A DNA stretch of 64,000 bases, from assembly GCA_043228905.1 (NCBI GenBank), contig JBHGNT010000022.1:12090001-12154000 (forward strand), read 5' to 3'. Position 1 is the stretch's first letter. Every line of letters begins with the position of its first letter. Both the position numbers and the translations under genes were made by a program. The notes under the pieces were generated by a model that saw only the letters and a list, made by a program, of their open reading frames with translations, searched no databases and was not told the origin of the DNA. This DNA is from Azolla caroliniana (Eukaryota; Plantae; Polypodiophyta). This document shows positions 35,668 through 48,900 of this stretch, piece after piece.

Positions 35668-38600
35668 CCAACAGCAGCACCTGACTCATCAGCAGATTCA
35701 GCTTCAGCTTCAGCAGCAGCAACATCTTCTCAAGCAACAGCAGGCTATCATCCAACAGGCCATGATTCAACAGCAAGCTGCTGCTCTCTATCATCCCGCT
35801 CTTCTCGCAGCCATGTCTCAGGTTCCTATGTCTCTCCACTCTAATCCGTTTGTTTTCTCTGCTAAAAAAATATTCCGTCTCTGCTCAACATTTCGAAATT
35901 CTCTGTTATGATTTCAACAAAAACTACTTTTTTTTTTCGTTTTCAACTAAGAACGAAACCTCCAAGAACTGCTGGAGAAAAGATTATTAGTAGAGATGGA
36001 GTAGCATATTTTTCCTTCGCTCCTCTTGCATATTTATTTTTTCCTCCTTGAAAAGGAAAGGTAAACAGAAGAAAGGCCGGAAATGGAGAAAAGCTACAGA
36101 GACGATTGAGAACAATAGTGGAAAATTTAACTTCCGTATGCCCCATCTATCCCTCATTTTTCTCTTCTTTTCTTCGGGGAATCTAGAAGATCAAGGCAAG
36201 AAATAATAATAATGAAACGACTCTTGAGGAATCAGGAACGTTAAAGAGAAGGGAGTGATTCGTGAAGTAAACTTCTGTACTCTCTCACATTCTTTGCTTG
36301 GATTCAATTGAACGAAAAAGACTGGTTCCTGTGAAGTAAACTTCCATACTCTCACATTCAATTGAAAGAAAGTGAGCTTATCCATGTGAAGTAAACTTCT
36401 TCTATACATCGTTCCCATTTTTCTCTTCTTTCCTCCCACTAAAATACAGGAAGATTTGTGCAAAGCAAAGTTCCACTCTTCTGTTTTGTTCTCTTTCCCT
36501 CAACTAAATTAAATGCTTCTCTTAGGCCCTGACCCCACAGGCCACGATCTTACCACCCTTGTCATCGGAAGATAAAGGCCATTATCTCCCACCATCACAG
36601 GTGTTTCCTGCGCTTTGAAGACCTCTCCATTCTGGATCAACCTATGCTAGAGATCTTTCAAAGTAAAAAATTACAATATATCTGACTTGAGAATCTTACG
36701 TGTACCGATTACAAGATTCTTTGGTCTTTTTTTTATCTTATTTCCTTTTTTTACTTAGTAACAGTTATGTTGATTTGTTCTCAAAGATGAGACAACACTT
36801 GTGAAGCAATCTCTTGTTTGGTCTTATAGGCCATTTTGGCCACTTAAAAGATGTTAATATATCTTTCTTTCTTAAAGATTCACAAGAGATTACAAAGTTG
36901 AAATAATGGAATACGTCAAGAGAAATGAGAATTTATGGAAGGAGTCTTTATTTGTGTCAAACTCTTGAAATTGTACATGAAGGTATATCATGAAACATAT
37001 TTTCTTCCAAGAAAACTCAGAAATTCCCTAGATGAATGAGAACCAAAGGTGGAAGATGGAAGATCTCAAAGAAAGATCAAACTTTGAAAGAACTGGAGTT
37101 GAAATACTCTACATTTAGGTCTAAAATTTGTAGGTTATGGAAGTAAAGTGCACTGGAAAATATTCATGTTTTCCTCGAAGAAAGATGGCAGAATATGAAA
37201 GGAACTAATGGAATATCGCAAAGTAAAAGAATAAATTCTGAAACCGAAAAACGTATTAACTTTTTGGAATTATGAAAGAAAATCTCAAAGAGATACAGGC
37301 ACATTTTTTAGAGCTTTCTTATAACATTGTAATTACATGGCTTCATGTTCTGACTCAACACTTAAAAAGTTTACTTACAAGCTCTTGCATCTATAAGTTG
37401 TTTTAAGTTTGTGCACATGTATGCATTCTTTAGTGTATCTGTGTATCACTAGAGGTCTTCTCCCTGAAGTGTCATTCATTGACTTCTTAAAAGCCACTTG
37501 TTGGCATTCCTAGCTGTGTAGTTTTGCAACATGTCATATTTGAAATGCATCGGGAACAGATGCGTCCACCCTGAAAAACATAATTATTTTCAACTTTTAT
37601 CTTCCTGAAATTCTTAATTCGCCAACTTTATTATTTTCACATTGCAACATGGTCATGCAGATGCAGAGCATGACAGACAGGCTGTATTTCTGCCTCTTCT
37701 ATTGCTCTCAGACTCTCTTTGTTAGTAAAAGATGAGACAACATTTTAAGATGTAATCTACCTTGTTTGGTCGCATAGGCCATTTTGACCCCTTAAAAGAA
37801 ATTAATACATATTTCTTTCTCTCTCTCTCTCTCACACACAATTCATCTTGATTCTTTTCTCTCAGACTCTGTTAAAAGATGAGACAACATTTTAAGAGGT
37901 AATCTCTTGGTTGGATGGAGAAGCCATTTTGGCCCCGTAAAAGACATTAGTATATATATATTTCTTTCTCTCTTACTATTCATTTTGATTCTTTTTTTTG
38001 TATTGCTCATCGTTAATATATCTTTTTGATAAGTTGTATGGATCTTTATGAATTATCATATATATAATATCTTCATGTAAGCTGTATATCTTCTTGAGTT
38101 AATAGTATATATACTCGATCTTGATTTTAAGGGCTTGATAATCTCCATTGTTTTAAAAACTAGAAATATTTTGTATATATAATGCGAGACTCTTATATTT
38201 CTGAAAACTGAAACATGTAAAAGCTTTGCATTTGCAGCGTAGAGGAAGCTCTTGCCAAAAATTATGAGTCACACGGATCCCTGGTTGATTAAATCACTAG
38301 GAATAACTAAGCACCCAATTTACTAGTGTCTCAATAATTGAAAAGGAGAATTATAGGAATAATTTCATTTGAACTATTTCACAAAGAAAAAAATGCAGTT
38401 TTTTGCTGAAGAAATGATAGAATTATGGTTCAGGGTTTTATCAGTAAACAGCAATAAATAACCAAAGAAGGCTTTATATTCATCAGATCATAGTTTTCTA
38501 CTTTGAAGTTTTTTTTGCTGTGATATATGTTTGATTCCTAGCTGTATATATTGTGACAGAATATGATGTACATCTCAATGCCTCATGAATTTGAAGACTA

Positions 38601-41600
38601 CTTCATTTTCAGTATGGAAACTAGCAGATGAGCTCAAACCATAAGAAGGCTGCATGTAATTTTGAATTGGGGGTTTTGTTTGTCTGAGATGGTTTATTTT
38701 TCCTTTCTGTACTTCTTTTATCGGCCATCTTGAATCAGCAAACCTTGTTAGCTTTTTTGTGTGTAGTATTTTTTTGTGTCTGCATTTTTTATTTTTTTCT
38801 ATTTTTTCCGGTCTATTTTTTGCAGATAGAGCCAATCCCCAGTGGAAATCTACCACCAGGATTTGATGCTACTTCATGCCGCAGTGTGTGAGTTTGCCAG
38901 CAGCAGCTTCATTTTTCTTTTTTGATTCTATTTTACTTTACAATTTTCTACCTTGTTTTTTTGAGCGACAGGTTTGCTTATATGTTCCAGCTATATCTAT
39001 ATATCCATATAAAGATATCACCCATATTAGCAGTAAACCAATAGGCCTTAATACCAGTTAATGTGTCGGAATACGTTTTCCATATAAAGTGGAGCTCATG
39101 TCAACTCACCTTTAAGAGAGATCATTTTTTTACGTTCTACTTACCACGAGGAGTCTTATTTATATTTTTCCATCATACACCTTGTACATGCAGGTATGTG
39201 GGCAACATCCACCCTAAAGTGACAGAAGCACTTCTTGCTGAGGTTTTTACTGCCATAGGCCCCCTTGCAGGGTGTAAACTCATCAGAAAAGAGAAGGTAT
39301 GGCTAGTTTGGAAGTCACTGTATCTAAAATTTGTTGGTTATAAACTATTTTCAGTGTAGAACGCTCTATCAATGTGAATGTTTAACATACGAACCCCAAC
39401 ATATAGGCCGACACTCAGATTTGTCTTGTTTTTAAATATTTATTCTTCTCTTTTTTAAATTTATATAAATTCCATATATTGAATGGTTAGAATAATATTT
39501 TTGCTTTTGAATTTTTTGTTCTAATGCTTCTTCATTTATTTCTTTAATCTCTCTGATTTCAATTTGTCCTGATTGATGAAAATTTATCAACGATTGATTT
39601 TATCTTATGATACATTCATCTCAAAAGTGTGCCTGCCTGAGAACTTTTGCCATAACCATGCTCCTTTGAACCAGTGTAAACTTTCTGTGCTATATCTCCT
39701 TTGTAGCCGCAAGTTGATTATTTTATCCTATTAAGAGCATTTTTGAAGGATAATTATATCTTTTTTTATGCCTTTTCAGTCATCATATGGCTTTGTAGAT
39801 TACATAGATCATCATGCTGCTGCTGCTGCTATTCTAACACTCAATGGGAGGCAAATGTGAGTACTCTAGCAGTTGTTTATGGTATTCAATCTCGGGCTTG
39901 ATTTTCTCATCTCCAATTGACATTATTTTTTGAATTTTTTGTCAACAACTGTATGGCAGTTTCAGCCAACCCATTAAAGTTAATTGGGCTTATGCAAGTG
40001 GTCAAAGAGAAGATACTACAGGTTCTCTTTATTTCTGTAAAACATTAGTAGTTTGGCTATGTTTTGTTTTGCAGTTTTAAATTTCAACACCATTCTCTTG
40101 ATTTGCAGGACATTACAATATATTTGTGGGTGATCTTAGTGCTGATGTCACTGATGCTGCACTTTTCACTTTCTTTAGTGTGTTTCCTAGCTGCTCGTAA
40201 GTTCAAAAACTCTCTATGTTGCCTGCTTTTGAAATTCCTGTTTATAATGGGAAAAATCTGTGCTGGAGACTTTAATTTACATGTGTTTTTGCTGCGAGAG
40301 AGGGTTTGTATTGATTTATTAGTCAATAGGAAAGCTAAAGACAACTCATTGGTAGGATTTCTAGGGACAAATTACAGATAGGAAACTCGGGATGAATCGT
40401 TGGTAGGCATACTAGGGGTTGGGTCCTTAAGAGGGAATGCAACTAGCATTGCTGGTTAGAGAAGAGTCTACCTTATCAAACTATAGAACATGGGCAATAG
40501 CAGTAGGCAGTTGATATGGTCTAATATTAGCTTTGAGTCGGCATTCTGCTGTTGGACATGCATTGCATGAAGAATATGATAAAGGATCTCATAATGATCA
40601 TTCTCAGATTATATTTTTCTCTTAAAATAATTGTATATATTCTTGTCTTCATTTTGTTATTTCAAACTTTTTCTTTTGGTCTGACTGAGGCTAGTTTTTA
40701 TTTCTTGATCACCTGTCTTGCTATAGCCTATAGTCCTGACAGTCTTTTTTACTGTTAGACCACACTTTCTCTTACCAATACCTGATATTACCGATGGAAC
40801 CTTGATATGAAGCAAAACTCCACAAACAATGGCATATACAGTCAAACAGACAGACTCATTTCCTCTGCACTTAAGCCCTCCACATTCATCTTTAGGAGTT
40901 TGTAAATGTTTCAATTTCTTTCAATCTTGTTTCAGGGATGCTCGTGTAATGTGGGATCAGCGAACTGGAAGATCACGGGGATTTGGGTTTGTTTCTTTCA
41001 GAAATCAGCAGGTTTGATGCCATACCTTATTTCTGCTGATACTGCATCTGGTAAGATCTTGTTGTGCTGATCACATAAAACCAATGAATTTCTACAGGAT
41101 GCAGACAGGGCAATTAATGAGATGACTGGTAGGACATTTTAACCCATTCTTCTTGCATTTTTAGTATATAATGAAATTTATCAATTTGCTTTTTCTAAGT
41201 AACCTGATTCTATTTCAATCAGGGAAGTGGTTATGTAGTAGAGCAATACGTTGCAATTGGGCAACCAAATCTGGAGCAATACCTGGTCAAAACGAAGAGC
41301 AAGTTCAAAATGAGGACCAAGTTGCTTCGGGTGGAATGACACATCCTCTTGGAGCAAGCGGTAGGTGCCTCAATCCCCTTCATATATATGAAATTTATTA
41401 GATTTTAATGGTAGGGTGCATGAAAGGAAAATAGCATAAGAAGTGGAACTACAGGAGTATCTAGTATGTTAACTTAGCATATCTTCTATATGATAGCTAT
41501 CTAAATCTTATATTTGAAGAGATTTTCTGAGAGTCACCCATGAGTTACTATTATCTGAGCAATAAGCTGCATCACATCCAACATCTACACATGTTCCAAG

Positions 41601-43463
41601 ACTTCCTGCTTCTCCTCCCTTCTTGTCTTTTGGTTTGTCCGCTTGCTGCTTAAATAACTATGTATTTTGAGGGGAGAATAGTGATTCTACATTCATTCTG
41701 AAGACATTTGTTGGAGTAAATTGGATAACCTTTAGGGAAATTTTAAAATAGTTGTAATGCTTCCTGATAGTGAACTTGAGGTTATTTTCTGCAATGCTAC
41801 GTACGCCATTTGTATTTATCCAGCACAACTGGAATGTCTGCTCTACTGTTACATTATTGCTATGCTATCGATGCCATTATTTTTTATCTTGCAGATCTGA
41901 AACTTTCAACTGGAAGGATTCAGTTATTTAGGAAAATTCTAAAATACTATTAATGCTTCCTGATAGTGAACTTGAGGTTATTTTCTGCAATGCTACATAT
42001 GCCATTTGTATTTATCCTGCACAACTGGAATGTCTGCTCTGCTGTTACGTTATTGCTACGCTATCGATGTTCTTGTTTATTTTTCAGATCTGAACATTCA
42101 AAAAATCTTACAATGGAGATTGATTCACGCATTCATTCATTTATTTAATATTCAATTATCAACCTGATTTCTAAATTTGAAAAATGAATTTTGAATGAAG
42201 TTAACAATTTTAACCTCATATCTCAAATTGTCTAACAGTTTTAATGGTTTTAGTGCTTCTTAATGTTTATTACCATATTTACTATGCGAACACCTTCGGA
42301 TTGGAATTTGGAACAATCCCTTGGAACATCTCATCTGTTTGATTCTCTTCCTACGTGGTGCCCTCAGAAAAGAAATAAACTTGATCTCCAATTCCCATGA
42401 TGGATTTTTTCATGATAACTCTATTCTGTTTTGCAGAAGCACACCAAGAAGGAGAAGATTCTGATAAAGAGTCCCCTGAAAATAATTCCCAATATACCAC
42501 TGTATATGTGGGCAATCTTGCACATGAGGTAACGTACCATGTAATTCTTTCAAGTTCAACAGGATGTTAGTATTCGATATTTTCTTAAAATACTAACCTG
42601 GTGCCATTGTTATTTTCCAGGTGACCCAAGGTGAACTTCATAGGCAATTCCATATGCTTGGAGCTGGTGTTATAGAAGATGTGCGCGTTCAAAGAGAGAA
42701 AGGCTTTGGTTTTGTGAGGTATCGATCACATGAAGAAGCTGCCTTTGCAATTCAAGCTGCAAATGGGAGAATTATAGGTGGAAAATCTGTCAAGGTAGGC
42801 ACAGTACATACACCACTAAGCTTTAGTAGTTTTATCTTAAAGTTAATAAATCTATTAAATTATTCTCACAGGTGACACCATTTTCTTATTTTACTAGCAT
42901 TGCTTTCTCTAAAGCCATGAAATCCTAAAAATCTTGGGGAATCTAATGAGTCAATTTATGGCTTCTAAGATGGCTTCTAAGAGCAATAACCAATGAACCA
43001 ATTCTCCTCTTATCATGTGAAAACTAAAACTGTCTTTGTAAGCTTTTTGTTTTCTCTTTTTGTCTAAAATCTATATAATTTGAAATTTTAGAAGAAAAGA
43101 CACTAAATTTATAGGGGGCATGGATATGAGATAGACATCCTGATAGATGTGAGTTTTTGCTAGGATTTCTGACATTATAATTGGTTTTTTTGTTGATAAT
43201 AGTGCTCTTGGGGGACAAAGCCAACTCCACCTGGAGCAACAACAGCACCATTGCCTCTTCCAGTGCTACCCATTCAAGGATACACAACTGCAGATCTGTT
43301 AGCTTACCAAAGGCAAATGGCGTTAGCGCAAAGTGCGGCTGGTGCTTTATTACCTCTTCCAAATCAACAAGGCTTGAATATGGGTCTAACCGGAATGGGA
43401 TTAGGAACGAGAACCGGATATGATAGCCTTCACATGGGTCTTGGGCAGCATCCGCTGTTGTAA
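35582..43463 (+). CDS. UBP1: Oligouridylate-binding protein 1 (TIA-1-like, poly-Q plus 3 RRM); 12 exons: 35582-35821, 38826-38887, 39194-39296, 39780-39856, 39960-40021, 40109-40196, 40936-41011, 41098-41128, 41223-41360, 42437-42528, 42621-42794, 43203-43463
   Basis: [99 protein letters not shown]. Confidence 0.96.
36783..36872 (+). repeat. Short dispersed repeat (~95 bp); other copies at ~37727-37820, ~37874-37972 and ~60615-60712
   Basis: Consensus AAGATGAGACAACATTTTAAGA.GTAATCTCTTGTTTGGTC.TATAGGCCATTTTGGCC.CTTAAAAGA..TTAATATAT.TTTCTTTCT. Confidence 0.8.
41755..42095. repeat. ~196-bp tandem duplication in UBP1 intron 9
   Basis: TAATGCTTCCTGATAGTGAACTTGAGGTTATTTTCTGCAATGCTAC occurs twice. 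Confidence 0.88.
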
Positions 43464-44569
43464 TTGCTGTGGTGTGATGCACTTTGTTGTTGAATTTGAA
43501 TGAATTTTCTTCTTTAAGAGTGGCTAGATTTTTAATTTTACTATTTTTTTATTCTCTTTGCATTGTATGCCTATTGAGGACTCCAGAGTGTAGATAATTG
43601 TGGATTTGTTTTTTTGTGCTTTTAAATAGAGGAGGCTCTTTGGGTATTAGACATTATGTATGTAGTGATTATGGTTGGAGCCCAAAGGTACTCAATGCAT
43701 GCGCAAGATTTAGCGCATCTTGATTGTTTGATGTTTTTTTTATCATTCTGCCATGGCTGTGGCTTCATATTGCTTCTTTTTTACATTTTTCCATGTCTAG
43801 CATTATATTTCTCGTATTTGTGGCTGCCTGCTCTTTCTTTTCACGACTGCACATTTATGGCTGACTCCGATTTTTTTCGAGGTTTACAATCGCTACATAT
43901 CTAAATAATGCCCAACTCACCCATACAAATGTGTAAGCTTTTCTGCTGATATTCTTTGTTGCTAATGTTCAAGACCAGAGGGCCAGGTTTATGTTACTTG
44001 GGGAGTTTCATCAGATTTGAATGCATTTATCAGGAACCAGAAGTTTAAACCTTCCTTTGTAATTATGAGTTTGTTGGAGAATTCTCCGAAAGATCTCTTG
44101 ACAGAGTGCTGTTACACTTTGTAATATTCAACCATCTTTGTTTTGGTCGGTCATTGATCTGTCATTCTTCTTGAGGATCTTTTCTAGCAACTAGGAAGGT
44201 TATTTTGTAAGATGTGTTTGTGAGGCATGCCTTGCCTCAATAAAATGTGAGCAATGTGTTGAAAAAATTATAGGTTAACAGCTCAGAGTTTGAGGAGTTC
44301 ATGTTTGGAAGATGGCAAAAAGGTTTTGCCATATAAATTTTGATGGCTATTGAGTTTTAGGAGTTTTTGTTTGGAAGATGGCAAATGAGGTTTTGCATTA
44401 AAAATATGATGACCTTGTGTATTGGCTATGGCCACAATGTTGACAAGGTTATAGAAGAAGAAAAGTGGCGCATGTTGAAACAAATGAAGTGCAATTGAGA
44501 ATTTGAACCATGCTACCAAAGTAATGAATATCTAATGTGAGAACATCAAGAACTCCATCATCAATGACA

Positions 44570-44982
44570 AAGTGTTCAAAATGTACTATTGTCATCCTCA
44601 TATAACAAAATGCATGATGATGACATTCCCAATGGCAACTTCTTCAACTCCTCCTTTTCCTTTACAAACTTAGCTAACAATTTGTTCTAATTTATCAATG
44701 CATATATTGGGCATCCTTATTCAACATCGATTATGCTATTGAAAAATTTTGAAAATTTATTACCCATACATAAATAATATATAACCTTCTCATAGATTCG
44801 AGAAATCGCAAGCATATATTCATTTGGCACGTTGAGTTCTTCCATTTGTCTCTAAGGATGCTCATGGGGTACCATATCAAAAGCTTTTCTTGAAGTCTAT
44901 GAAGTAACAATATAAATCCTTAGCTCAAAGTGACTTTCTTCCATTAATACTCGATAGTGTGACAAGGTGATTGATGGTGCTA
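44570..44982 (-). mobile_element. LINE reverse-transcriptase remnant (RTE-like)
   Basis: Minus strand gives STINHLVTL..., LYCYFIDFKK(A)FDMVP and a degenerate LLYEDD (YADD box). Confidence 0.7.
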
Positions 44983-44983
44983 A

Positions 44984-45288
44984 TAAGAATGGATAACAGC
45001 TGAGTTCAAGCATGAATCAAACCCTAAACCATTTTTAAACGATTTGGCATTTAGGTTCGGTTTAGGCTTGGGCTCCTTTAACCAGTTTGGGATGGCTCGA
45101 ACCGACTGAATTAATTTGGGCCAAAACGGTTAAGGCTTAATGGGCTTGGTTAAACTCGTTAGCCTTAACTAGTTTAGGAACCAGTTCGGTTCAAGTTTGG
45201 AACCTCCCAAACCGTTTAAGGCTTAACTAGTTTGGTCTGGACAAAGCCAAACTGGTTAAAGCCGAAACCGAATCGTTGCCGATTCCTT
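44984..45288. mobile_element. Possible degenerate MITE-like element with AACCG/CGGTT/GGTTAA subrepeats
   Basis: Dense AAACCG-type motifs in both orientations; weak terminal similarity TAAGAATGGATAAC / GTTGCCGATTCCTT; no TSD seen. Confidence 0.35.
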
Positions 45289-45491
45289 GGTGGTATAGTG
45301 TTTTCGAAAGCGAGCTTATCCATAAGCTCTCTTACCATTTTATTTTATTTTTTGTTCCCCAACACATACACTTACCTTTTGATCCCAGTATATATCCCAA
45401 ATAATTTTGCCATTAACAAGCCAAACCAAATTAATGAATCACTAGTTTTTTTGTTTGTTTACATTATTTACATCTCTACTACTTGTATGTA

Positions 45492-45496
45492 AAGGT

Positions 45497-45541
<45 letters not shown>

Positions 45542-45615
45542 AAATTACTAAGAATACCCCTTTCATCTCTTTGGGGGGGGGTATTCGTGGGCGAATATCA
45601 GAAAACTGAGGAGGT

Positions 45616-45646
<31 letters not shown>

Positions 45647-45720
45647 CACAGAGACGAGGGTAGTATGTATGTATGTATATGTATATGCAGTATATTTAGA
45701 GAGAGAAAGACATTGAAGGT

Positions 45721-45765
<45 letters not shown>

Positions 45766-45837
45766 AAATTACTAAGAATACCCCTTTCATCTCTTTGGGG
45801 GGGGGTATTCGTGGGCGAATATCAGAAAACTGAGGAG

Positions 45838-45886
<49 letters not shown>

Positions 45887-45961
45887 CACAGAGACGAGGG
45901 TAGTATGTATGTATGTATATGTATATGCAGTATATTTAGAGAGAGAAAGACATTGAAGGTT
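45492..45961 (+). repeat. Near-perfect tandem duplication (~225-245 bp) of the promoter/5' UTR upstream of the MEE22-like gene
   Basis: AAGGTT(AG)n ATTTGGAAATTACTAAGAATACCCC...GACATTGAAGGTT twice; the copies differ only in GA-tract lengths. Confidence 0.93.
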
Positions 45962-45977
45962 TATTATGTGTACCGCC

Positions 45978-48900
45978 ATGGCTGCTGCTGTCTCTTCCGC
46001 CGCTTCTTCATGTGCTTCTGCTTCTGCTTCTGCTTCTTGATGCTGCAGCAGAAGGAGCAGGAGCAGGAGCAGGAGCAGGAGGAGGCGGAGGAGAGCTCAA
46101 TTTTAACAACATGCCGCCTTCTGATCCAAGAAGTGGAGCTTCCATGGCTTCTCTCTCCCCGTCAGAGGTTAGTTCTTCAATGCACCTCTTCTTCCTTCCT
46201 CCTCCCTCCCTTCATTCTTGTTCGCTCATTGTCGCCATCTTCTTCTATCTTATCCTTCTCCATCCACCATCCACCTTCCCGTATTTCTTCGCTGTTCAAT
46301 CTATAGCGAAGTATTTTCTCTTTAGATCCATCCCAAGCTTTCTGCAAAGCTTTTAGAAAACCTTTACTCTGAGCTTCCTTCTTTTCTAGTTAATTTTTAT
46401 CATTTTTCTGTATAGTATTTCTCCTAAGATGTTCAGAAGATTTCCTATATTTTTTCGTGAATATCTAACGGAGGCTAGTACTGTTTATTATCATCTCTTC
46501 TTCTTCGTCGATTTTGTGAAGGCTTCATGGCTTTTTCAGGTTTCCGCTTTTTGTTTTCTCCTCAGTTTTAAGGTATTTCTTTGTCTCTTTCAGAGGCTTC
46601 AAGTAGACTTCATCCCTCTTGAGAGCTTTAAGAAGATTAAATCTTTCTTTCCTAGCTTTTACCCCATGTCGTCTGAACTTCTCTTTTCTCATCTTTGATA
46701 AAGAAAATCAGCTGCAAATTAGTTTTGCTGACACTTGTGTAGAGACTTTGATCATGTAATCGAAATATCCAAAGTACTTCGTTATTATTCTCTAGCAGCT
46801 ACTACACAAGGAACCATTGAACTATAACATTAAACAGCATGTAAAGTCACCAGAATGGCTGCACGTTTGGTTATGAACCTTAGATTGAATGCTCTTTTTA
46901 TCTAGCATTCTATCTTCAAAGGTTCAAGCGAGCACATATTTGGCCTAGAATAGCATTAACAACATGGAAACTCCACAGGAACCATTGGTTGTATATGCTC
47001 ATAACTCTGAAGAGGATATAGTTTAAAGGTCCTTTTTTTATCAAGCATCTATCTCCATACGCAAGCAAAGCTTTGTTTACCTAGATGACTGATTAGGTTA
47101 AACAAACAGCCAGATTGATAAATCTATGTGAATATCAGTGTATTCTGTTGTTTTGAAGGCACCTATTGCGGTTTCCAATTTTGTTCTTCCTTTTTTATCA
47201 TGGGTTTTCTGTATTTTTTGCATTGGAGACCCCTTTTTTGCAGAAAGAGGTTTGTTTTGATTTTTTGATTTCTGTTTAGTTGGCCGAAAAATTGGAGAAA
47301 AGTGAAGCGGGGAGGAAAAAGCTTAGGCAAGCAATTTCTTTGATGCAAGAAAAGCTAGAGGCCACAGAAAAGGTTCTTAAAGTCAACGAGAGCCTTCGTC
47401 AAGGTAATTTTCCACGATATGATATGACAACTGAAGCTTCACCTGATTGTTGTTTTACAAATTAAATGCGATTGTTTATTTATTTATACAATCTTGTTGT
47501 GCTTCGATAGAATGTGAACAAGAGAGGCAGCGTGCAGAAGACGAAAAGAAGAAAGCAGAAGAGGAGAAAAGGCTTCGGTTGTTGTTAGAGAAGGATTCTG
47601 CAGCAGTCAAAGATCAGCTTGCAAAGGTTCTACAGCGATTAGGGGCTCTTGAAAATAGGCAGAAATCTGATAAGAAAGAAGTTGAGCAAATAAGGAATGA
47701 GGTAATAGATAAATTGACATGGTTTGATAATCATATCTTAGTGCTAAAGATGGTTTCCTTCTAGTAAGTTTCTTAACCATATCTGAGGCAATCATACCTT
47801 AATATTAATGTATGCTTCTTTTACTATATTTTATTTAATCAATGTGTTTTTATCAATATATTGAGATAATATACCTCAATTATATGCTAAAGTAAGCTGA
47901 TTTTTGCCATCTCTTTTCCTACAAAGGTATCAAGGTAATCACATCGTACTGCATTTTAACTATGCTTTTTCTTTCTTTTCAATGTTCTCAAATTCCAGGT
48001 TAAGCTTTCTGTTCAAGGTGTCAGTGCTGCTGCTGAAGCAATGAATGCCATGCAGAGCTCCTTCCAAACACTGGAACATGGCCTTCTGCTGAAGGTAATT
48101 CTTTGATGTGTAAGGAATTTCAGTTACCTCTTTCCATTTGCTGAATTAGGAATTGTGTCTGTGCAGGTAAACACAGCATTTGAGAAGGCCAATGCTGCCT
48201 CTCAAACAGTGAAATCTTTTCAACAGTCACTACAAAGTCTAGAGAATAATGCCATGAAAAAGGTCCAATAATTATTGTGCCTTACATTTATTCTTATATT
48301 TGCAGTTAAGAGTCATTGAATGCTCATAAATTTTAGATTTCAGGTAAATACAGCATCTGAGGAGGCGAGAAATGCAACTCAGGCAGTGAAAACTTTGCAA
48401 CAATCAGTTGTCATCCTGGAAAAGAGAGCTATAAGAGGGGTGTGTAATTTAAAAAGAAAAACTTGTTTTATTTTTATATATGTCAAATAATACAGGAAGT
48501 ATAATAATCTACTGTGCAGGGTAACGACAAACAAACAAGCGCAGAGACCTGGCATATCTCAAAGAAGATAGTATCTGATATTGCGCAGCTTTTTAAAAAA
48601 GAAAAGAAGTCTCATCGTAAAATTGAGCATCAACTTGCAGCACTGAAAACATTACTGAAGCCGAGTCAAAGTGGTAGTTTTACCTGTTTAGGAAATGCAT
48701 CATCACCAGAAAAGAATGAACAAAAAAAATCAACAAAGACGGAGAAACACAAAATTTCAACCAAAAAGGAGAAAGCCAGCAACTCAAGGAAGCGAAAATT
48801 GATGACAGAGGATGAACCCCCCAAATGGATAGTAAATAAAAAGAGAAAGAGTAAAGATAGTTTTATTAGAGATCCTGTATGTCAAGAGAATATTGTCGGG

